Of a stretch of DNA of 64,000 nucleotides, positions 58,004-64,000 are shown one piece after another; position 1 is the first letter of the stretch; the number at the start of each line of letters is the position of its first letter. The notes under the pieces are model-generated. The model ran no database searches and was not told the DNA's origin. It worked only from the letters and a program-made list of their open reading frames with translations. Source of the stretch: a virus; the IMG/VR virus record IMGVR_UViG_3300036901_000073, positions 2,539-66,538 of that record, one strand, 5' to 3'. The position numbers and the translations under genes are program-made.

Positions 58004-59212
58004 ATGGACATCGTCTTTCGCCTTTTCTTAACTATCGTTTTATTCACAATCTCCGGCTTTCTAACGGTCTATACGAACGCCCTGACGACCATCAAGCTCG
58101 CTGGTGCCGCTGGTCAGCAGTTTCAGAACAGTGATGCCGCCGCCATCGAATCCGCGATGAGCATGAAATTCTTCATGGGTATTGGGGGTCTGATCACGTT
58201 GGTCACCATCGTTCTGTTGATCGTGATCTGGTTCTTCTACATCCGAAAAGCGGTCATCAATCTGGTGATGGGTTTCGTTCTGGTTCCGCTGTTTTTCGCG
58301 CATCCGGCCCTGGCGTATTTCAGCACCACCGAGAAGACCGAGGCCATCACCATCATGCCAAACGAATCGGCGTTCTGGATTCCGGATACTGCCGCGAACA
58401 AGGATACTCAGACCAGTCTCGACTCGGAGGCGTATTTCACCGCCAACAAGATCGCCGTCAAACGCTTCGTCATCCCTCATCAGAAGCTGGGTAATTCCGG
58501 TGGCTGGGCCTCGTTCGATTCGTATGTCCCGACCGGTCGCATGATCATCGTTGATCGAGCGATCTATGTTCGGGAATGGACCAAGGCAGCCGAGCGCGGC
58601 ACGACCGCGAAAGATGAAAGTTTCCCATGCCAAACGAATGATGGGCTGAACATCACGGCGGAAGTCACCATCGCCGCCTCCGTGACAGAAGAAAATTCTC
58701 CGAAATTTCTACACTTCTTCGGAGTGAACAATCCGCCTGGTGATCGCTCGGACCCGAATGTCATCTTCACCAGTGTCTATTATGGTCGGAGTCTGACCCA
58801 GGTGATGGATGGCATTGGTCGCGGCTTCGTGCAGGCCATCGTATGTCATGAAATTGGCGCGGTCGATTTCGACACTGCCAACAAAAACTACAACGCGATC
58901 ATGGACAGCGTGAAAATAGCGGCGACCAAGTCCCTCGGAGATCGCGGCATCACGGTCGACAATATCGGTTGGGCCGGAACCTGGACATTCGATCCAGATG
59001 TGCAACGCGCGGTGAATGATCGCTATACCGGTGTGAAGGTTCAGCCGGTGCTCGCCGCTCTCCAGCAGAAAGCCATCATCGATTCGATGGAAGGATGGGA
59101 CCATCATCTGCCGACCACACTCAGCCTGTCCATCTGGCCATCGGGATTGATCGATGCCATCGCTGGCATGTTCCATACATCGCCAGGCGCATCGGGGGGT
59201 GGCGCGAGATGA
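58004..59212 (+). CDS. membrane-anchored SPFH/band-7-like protein
   Basis: Three N-terminal hydrophobic helices; T.DGLNI...T...SV, GITVDNIG....FDPDVQRAVN. Confidence 0.6.
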   Translation: MDIVFRLFLTIVLFTISGFLTVYTNALTTIKLAGAAGQQFQNSDAAAIESAMSMKFFMGIGGLITLVTIVLLIVIWFFYIRKAVINLVMGFVLVPLFFAHPALAYFSTTEKTEAITIMPNESAFWIPDTAANKDTQTSLDSEAYFTANKIAVKRFVIPHQKLGNSGGWASFDSYVPTGRMIIVDRAIYVREWTKAAERGTTAKDESFPCQTNDGLNITAEVTIAASVTEENSPKFLHFFGVNNPPGDRSDPNVIFTSVYYGRSLTQVMDGIGRGFVQAIVCHEIGAVDFDTANKNYNAIMDSVKIAATKSLGDRGITVDNIGWAGTWTFDPDVQRAVNDRYTGVKVQPVLAALQQKAIIDSMEGWDHHLPTTLSLSIWPSGLIDAIAGMFHTSPGASGGGAR

Positions 59213-59403
59213 AGAAGCCCGCACAGGAGATTGAAGGTCAGGATGCCAAGATCACACAAGGCGAACTCTGGCTTCTCAGGCGAGACGCGTACAAGCTTCA
59301 GTGCCTGGAAAACGCTGGCGTTGACAACACCCAAGCCTACGAGGAAGGTATGAGGGAGTTTCACCAGAGCGACGATTACGGAGACCCTGATTATCGTCGA
59401 TGA
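59209..59403 (+). CDS. hypothetical protein
   Basis: ATGA overlaps at both ends; LQCLENAGVDN..AYEE. Confidence 0.6.
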   Translation: MKKPAQEIEGQDAKITQGELWLLRRDAYKLQCLENAGVDNTQAYEEGMREFHQSDDYGDPDYRR

Positions 59404-59747
59404 GGCGCTCGATGATCGTTGCCACGCTTGTGATAGCGGGACTATTGTACACCATTCAGGAGCCGCTTCGGCGGCTTCTGCGTGTCATTTCCACCGATCC
59501 TCCGGATGACCACCCACCCATACTGCTCGTCATGCGGCTCGATGAAATGCTGCGGGTTCACCCAGATCAGATCGAGGATGTTTGTGATCGCTGCGGTCAC
59601 GTCGTGGGGATTTTCCCATCAGGGCAAATGGTGATCAACCACTATGACGGGGATATCGAGATCGTCTGCTCGCATTGTCAGTCACCAGCCGGTTTCGTGG
59701 CGGCACCCGGTGCATGGATGGAGCAATTTCAGTCCGTGCGTCGCTGA
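59400..59747 (+). CDS. membrane-anchored zinc-finger protein
   Basis: N-terminal hydrophobic helix; CDRC...CSHC. Confidence 0.55.
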   Translation: MRRSMIVATLVIAGLLYTIQEPLRRLLRVISTDPPDDHPPILLVMRLDEMLRVHPDQIEDVCDRCGHVVGIFPSGQMVINHYDGDIEIVCSHCQSPAGFVAAPGAWMEQFQSVRR

Positions 59748-59903
59748 CCTGAGATTTTCATTTCAGTTTTTTCTTAATAGAAAGCGATTTTGGGTCGACT
59801 AGCAAAAAAGAAGGTGGAGTCCCGTGGGGGTGATGCTCCCCCTTCTTTGGTGTGAAAGACCAAGATTCTTACTAGCGTAAACTAACGGGACATAGAATAT
59901 GGA

Positions 59904-59981
59904 TGGTGACTCCTATCGGATTTGAACCGATGTCCTTTCCGTGAGAGGGAAAAATCCTGAACCTGACTAGACGAAGGAGTC
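59904..59981 (-). tRNA. tRNA-Glu (CTC)
   Basis: Cloverleaf with anticodon arm TTTCC-CTCTCAC-GGAAA, GGTTCAAATCC, encoded CCA. Confidence 0.88.
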
Positions 59982-59983
59982 GA

Positions 59984-60059
59984 TGGCGGGTGTGACGGGG
60001 CTCGAACCCGCGATCTCTGACGTGACAGGCCAGTGCTTTCGCCACTAAGCTACACACCC
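59984..60059 (-). tRNA. tRNA-Asp (GTC)
   Basis: Cloverleaf with anticodon arm CTGGC-CTGTCAC-GTCAG, GGTTCGAGCC, encoded CCA. Confidence 0.92.
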
Positions 60060-60067
60060 AAACCAGT

Positions 60068-60346
60068 TTAGAGGTTGAGAACGACAATCCCCGTCACCGA
60101 GACCGTCTCGCGCAAACTCTGCGCCAACGATTCTCGTTCCGTCTCAATATCAGGGAACACCGCGATCACATCCGGCCAGGTCTCCGCGTTCGCGCCATAG
60201 GCGAGCTTCGCCACCTTCGAAGCGAAGGTTTTGAAACCATCCGTGCGAGCCGCGAAATCCGTGGCGCATTCGACCTTGACCACGGCGGCACCCTTATTCT
60301 GAGTGACGCTGTCCGAGTGAATATATGACTCAATTCTTCCAACCAT
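60068..60346 (-). CDS. minimal EF-Ts-like protein (92 aa)
   Basis: GRIESYIH...KGAAVVKVECATDFAARTDGFKTFA mirrors EF-Ts G.I.SYIH...G.LVE.NCETDFVAR...F; GGAGAAGGA SD. Confidence 0.7.
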   Translation of the reverse strand: MVGRIESYIHSDSVTQNKGAAVVKVECATDFAARTDGFKTFASKVAKLAYGANAETWPDVIAVFPDIETERESLAQSLRETVSVTGIVVLNL

Positions 60347-60354
60347 TGTCCTTC

Positions 60355-60540
60355 TCCAAAACATAAAAACCGCCAAACTGGCGGTTCCTTGCATTCTCTT
60401 TTGGAGAGGATCAGGGTCGCGCCAACTGGCGGCGACCGTACACACGATCACCGCGAGAGAATATCCTCGCGTTCATCACGGATGCTGTGTGCAATTTTGA
60501 TCATCTGCTATTTATATCATGTGGCGATTTCGGCTGTCAA
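60355..60540 (-). promoter_or_regulatory. promoter (TTGACA / TATAAATA) plus structured leader ending in a terminator-like hairpin
   Basis: TTGACA 60540-60535, TATAAATA 60516-60509, several hairpins, AACCGCCA-GTT-TGGCGGTT followed by T-rich tract. Confidence 0.5.
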
Positions 60541-60550
60541 CGGGTTTTTC

Positions 60551-60589
60551 AACAAAATGGGCGGAGCCCCAAGATAGGGTTCCGCCCAT
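60551..60589 (-). terminator. intrinsic terminator
   Basis: 13-bp GC-rich stem (60557-60569 with 60577-60589) followed by a T-rich tract on the minus strand. Confidence 0.7.
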
Positions 60590-60711
60590 CGTTATCGGCT
60601 TTGGAGCCGATTGAGATACGGCTATCGCCGTTTATGTCGGCACAAATTGTCATTTGGGTCCGCTACGCCTTACGGGCTGTCGCGGGGAAGGTTCATGTGT
60701 CCCCTTCTCTG

Positions 60712-60795
60712 TTAGGAGATGCGATCAGGCGGTGCCAGCGCCCGTTTCTTCCACCAGATTTCAATTTTCTTAGGACCATCGCGGGCGAAATTCAT
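60712..60795 (-). CDS. 27-aa small peptide MNFARDGPKKIEIWWKKRALAPPDRIS
   Basis: Strong SD AAAGGAGGT 4 nt upstream; TTGACT-N16-TAGACT promoter at 60867-60840. Confidence 0.5.
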   Translation of the reverse strand: MNFARDGPKKIEIWWKKRALAPPDRIS

Positions 60796-61257
60796 CGCTA
60801 CCTCCTTTATCAAGAGGCTTTCGTCCTCTTGATGATCAGAGTCTACTCCGATCTCACGATCAGTCAAAGAATTTTATGAGAGGCGCTTTAAAGTTCGGTG
60901 CGTAGCCAAATGTATGGCCGGTCGCAGAGACGGTCTCAAATTGACCAACATTATTTTCGTAGCCATGATGGCCAAGGTTACAAGTACGAAAAGACTTTAA
61001 TGTTTTCGTGGCCATACCGAAAGGATAGCCTTACTAACGGTGGCCGATGCATCAACCTCGTCAATTTTTGGAAGCCATCCAAGGATAGCCAAGGCCGATC
61101 TCGGAATCGGCAGATGATGAGGCGATACACGCTGCGAAAGAGCGACCTTTCCCCGCGACCAGGCGCGAAGTCGCGGGGACTAGGTGGGAGACCTAGACGA
61201 TGCAGAACAAGACGAACTGCACCACCATTCCAAACTATGCCGACATCTTGACGAGTG

Positions 61258-61752
61258 TCAAGCGACGAGGCCGATCATCCGCACACAGTTGATATTGCCG
61301 ATGATCAGGTTGCTGCCCTCGGATTCGAAGCACCAGGCTCCGTCCCATCCCATGTCTTTCCACAGGCCGACATTCTCCCACATCGCATATTCACCCTTCG
61401 CGATCTTATCATGCAGCCTCTTGCTGGCGACCGCGAGTGATGCTTCCAGTGTCTCTGGTTTGAAACGCGGGATCAGCCATTCCTTATGCCTTGCCCAGCG
61501 CCAGTCAAACACCTTCTCGACATCTTCGGGCACCTGATAGTTGCCGAACGTACCATGTACTTCGGCCTCGTAGACGTGCGGACCATAAATCTTGGCGATG
61601 TCGATCTTGCTCGTGAATGACAGGGTGCCGGGGGTTCCGGTGCGATTGTGCAGTTCATGCAAACGAAAGTTCGCGATGTCATCGTAAGGCGAGCCATGAA
61701 AGACCCGGAAGGTCTCTTGTGATTCGGTTAATTCGTGAAGGCGAATCATCAT
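61258..61752 (-). CDS. ART-PolyVal-like protein with capsid-targeting-like leader
   Basis: MIRLHELTE-S; VFHGSP...LSFTS...AKIYG..VYEA.V...GWDG; TAAATA abuts start. Confidence 0.65.
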   Translation of the reverse strand: MMIRLHELTESQETFRVFHGSPYDDIANFRLHELHNRTGTPGTLSFTSKIDIAKIYGPHVYEAEVHGTFGNYQVPEDVEKVFDWRWARHKEWLIPRFKPETLEASLAVASKRLHDKIAKGEYAMWENVGLWKDMGWDGAWCFESEGSNLIIGNINCVRMIGLVA

Positions 61753-61797
61753 ATTTAGGTATCAAAGAACGTCACGAAGTTCCACCGCAAAAATAAC

Positions 61798-62058
61798 TTA
61801 ATGAACGTCGCTCGGCGCTTCATTCACCACGCTGGCAGCGAAATCCTCATGCGACATCTCCCACATCAATCCACGACTACCAAAGCCGATTAGTTTTTTT
61901 GTCTCCGGTGATAGGAGAACTTCCTGACCCCATGGCGAAACGCCAATATCACACCACGTTTCCTGACCGTCTTCACCAAACCCAGCGAAGATCGCGGCAT
62001 CCTCCTCATTGTCAGGATGAACTACCTTCTGACCAACTGAGTACATGATGTTCTCCAC
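61798..62058 (-). CDS. hypothetical acidic protein
   Basis: GGAG SD before ATG near 62046. Confidence 0.55.
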   Translation of the reverse strand: MENIMYSVGQKVVHPDNEEDAAIFAGFGEDGQETWCDIGVSPWGQEVLLSPETKKLIGFGSRGLMWEMSHEDFAASVVNEAPSDVH

Positions 62059-62098
62059 CCGATTGAGGGCAGGATACCACCCTGCCCTCGACGTGTCA

Positions 62099-62923
62099 TC
62101 AGGCGGCTTTCTTGCCCAGCAGGCGGTTCAATTTCTCCTGCGCGGTTTCAACGGGAGCCCCGCCACCAGACCCAGCCAATGTACGGGCCACGATGTCATC
62201 CGCGCTCGCGGTCGTTGATGTCGCCTGGCTTAGCGCGTCAGCGTTCAGAATGAAGGCGCGAGCTTTTTGTTTGGAAACCGCCGCCTGAGCTTCCATGGCC
62301 TCAAGTGCGACATTGTGACCACCATCCATGCTCGTCTTCAGACCGGCCATTTGTTCGGCCCGCGCTTCCCTCAACTTGGCGGACGCTTCTTCGCGGCTGG
62401 CTCGGTCCATGTCGGATTTGGCGTGTTGCAAACGTTGCTCGGCTGCGAGTAACGCGGCTGCGGCTCCCTTGTGAAGGATTTGCAAGTTATGCAAATCCTT
62501 TTCCGCGAGGGCATGATCCTGGCGAGCCTCGAACAAACGACCAGACACCGTGCCGTCAGCCGGATCGCCGCCAAGTTCTTCGATTTGTCCGGTCAGCGTG
62601 ATAAGCTGGGTCGAAAGGCTGGTCGCCAAATTCGTGTTGCCATCCGCCGTAGCCTTATCGATTTGACCACTCAGCATGCCCGCCGCCTGGATCGTGCGAG
62701 CGAGGTTGGCTTCAAGACCAGTCGCTATCTGATGCGTGCGTTCTTCCTCGGGCTCTTCCTTGGATACGAGATCGCCGAATTTGGCGAACTCCACTTTCAT
62801 GTTGTCGATGTCAACCTTACTGGCGGTTTCTGGGTCAAATTTAACCAGCATATTGGCAAAATGTGAGGCGACGCCACCAGCTTCGGCGACGCCCATCTTT
62901 CCGATAAACGCGAGAACACTCAT
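62099..62923 (-). CDS. PspA/IM30-like coiled-coil protein
   Basis: Long Ala/Glu-rich amphipathic helices; adjacent to a DUF2491-like gene. Confidence 0.5.
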   Translation of the reverse strand: MSVLAFIGKMGVAEAGGVASHFANMLVKFDPETASKVDIDNMKVEFAKFGDLVSKEEPEEERTHQIATGLEANLARTIQAAGMLSGQIDKATADGNTNLATSLSTQLITLTGQIEELGGDPADGTVSGRLFEARQDHALAEKDLHNLQILHKGAAAALLAAEQRLQHAKSDMDRASREEASAKLREARAEQMAGLKTSMDGGHNVALEAMEAQAAVSKQKARAFILNADALSQATSTTASADDIVARTLAGSGGGAPVETAQEKLNRLLGKKAA

Positions 62924-62948
62924 TTTGTACCTTTTTGTTGTTGGAAGC

Positions 62949-63737
62949 TTATGTGGCGCTTGGGTAGATCGTCAGGTCATCAAGTTTGACTTCCATTCCG
63001 AGCCACATATTGAGCGATTGGCTCGCGCCACCTTTCTCGCTGACCGCCGCGACCAGCAGATATTCATCGATCTCGGCATTCAGAGCGCGTCCATAATGCA
63101 TCATTTGATGTTGATGCACGGGAGTCCCGCCTTTACGGTCAAGGATGTATTCCGTGACGAAAACGGGAGGGATACGCATGTTGTTGGCTTCGGCGACCCA
63201 GGTTCGCGGATATCCGATGCTGCCATCCTCGACTTTTCCCGGCATGACGGGACAACCGATCAAGCCGCCAATAGCCGGGTCGTCATCATCCTTGAGCCAG
63301 AATTCCGCGCTCAGGTAGGATTGGTCGTCATCTGGTGCGCGGTGTCTGTTGGCCTGTTCGACGGTCTGGTACGGAAGGATGAGTTCCGAGTAAGGTTGGT
63401 AGATGCGACTTTCCAATATCGCGGTTGGATTGTCCTGCGCGACCGCGAGATGCAGATAGCTGTCCGGAGCATTTGACAGATACACACGATAGAAATCCAT
63501 GCCCGTGTGACTGATCTTACCGATGGCGATGACACTGTGCTGACCAGGAAAACTCTTGATCAATGAACCGGCACCAGTGGCGAGAATCAACGGCACCGGA
63601 TTGACCGCGAGCGCGGCGCGTTGGGACAGTCCGGACAATGGCGTGATCGTCCGTGGCAGTTTCTGCACGGGAGTTGTCAGGTCATCCCATTCTTTATCGA
63701 TGAGACCTTTGAAGTATGCCCAGGTTGACATGATCAA
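62949..63737 (-). CDS. DUF2491 (YjfK)-like protein
   Basis: V.AIG...FYRVYL...FWL....IG...YPRTW...H.MM.YGR....EYLLV...MWLG pattern. Confidence 0.6.
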   Translation of the reverse strand: MIMSTWAYFKGLIDKEWDDLTTPVQKLPRTITPLSGLSQRAALAVNPVPLILATGAGSLIKSFPGQHSVIAIGKISHTGMDFYRVYLSNAPDSYLHLAVAQDNPTAILESRIYQPYSELILPYQTVEQANRHRAPDDDQSYLSAEFWLKDDDDPAIGGLIGCPVMPGKVEDGSIGYPRTWVAEANNMRIPPVFVTEYILDRKGGTPVHQHQMMHYGRALNAEIDEYLLVAAVSEKGGASQSLNMWLGMEVKLDDLTIYPSAT

Positions 63738-64000
63738 TTATCCCACGAGGAATTGTCGCCGCCGGAGGCTGGGCCGGGATCATCCGTGGATGTTGCCATC
63801 AGCACGGTATCGGGTGCGACGACCAAGGATGGATCGACATCATTGGGCAACGCGTTTTCATCCACCGTGACGTTGGCCTGCACGTCCTGCTGAACCTGTG
63901 CGTCAAGCGCCGCCATGCGGGCACGGACCTCGGCGTCGTTTTCCGCCTGCGCCATCATGTCCGCGTGCCATTGCTGATATTCAACGGATTGCCGATGCGC
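63734..64000 (-). CDS. hypothetical protein, 5' part outside window
   Basis: Open frame to the window edge; ATGA overlap with the DUF2491-like gene. Confidence 0.55.
   Translation of the reverse strand, partial: AHRQSVEYQQWHADMMAQAENDAEVRARMAALDAQVQQDVQANVTVDENALPNDVDPSLVVAPDTVLMATSTDDPGPASGGDNSSWDN

Noticed and set aside
59790-59880. Branched hairpin downstream of tRNA-Glu as a further tRNA
   Set aside because: No T-loop or CCA; more simply a terminator-like stem between convergent units
60620-60660. AAT GAC AAT (NDN) resembling a tmRNA tag
   Set aside because: No tRNA-like domain, and the frame does not end in an Ala-rich degron
1-64000. Genome-wide TAG reassignment (code 15) suggested by the tRNA(CTA)
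   Set aside because: Very long genes are intact under code 11 and several genes end properly at TAG

Overview
This is a 64-kb segment of a large T4-like (jumbo-type) myovirus read in the standard genetic code; an alphaproteobacterial-type host is only a guess. Most of the window is morphogenesis genes on the minus strand: two paralogous tail fibres, a 3845-aa baseplate wedge-like protein, collagen/beta-helix fibres, gp4-like head completion nuclease, gp54/gp19-like tail tube genes, gp20-like portal and a tape-measure-like protein, plus gp26/gp51-like hub genes on the plus strand. These sit behind T4-style late boxes (TAAATA) and are interleaved with small early genes under sigma70-type promoters. 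Selfish elements: a group I intron in the tail tube gene with an antisense LAGLIDADG gene, a free-standing GIY-YIG gene, two tandem inteins in the portal, and two paralogous HNH genes. RNA genes: tRNA-Glu(CTC), tRNA-Asp(GTC) and an amber-suppressor tRNA(CTA). Main leads: (1) about 11 mostly unrelated proteins (five ADP-ribosyltransferase-like, three PcfJ-like, one cysteine hydrolase-like, two unknown) share a T4 capsid-targeting-like N-terminal leader, suggesting a head-packaged effector arsenal; (2) the suppressor tRNA and a leader ATG-ACC-TAG, in frame through two terminator-like hairpins into a downstream gene, may form an amber-gated attenuator; (3) a ~400-nt highly structured orphan RNA candidate; (4) a minimal EF-Ts-like protein beside the tRNAs; (5) apparently leaderless late mRNAs. 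All family calls are by-eye motif recognition, not database searches.
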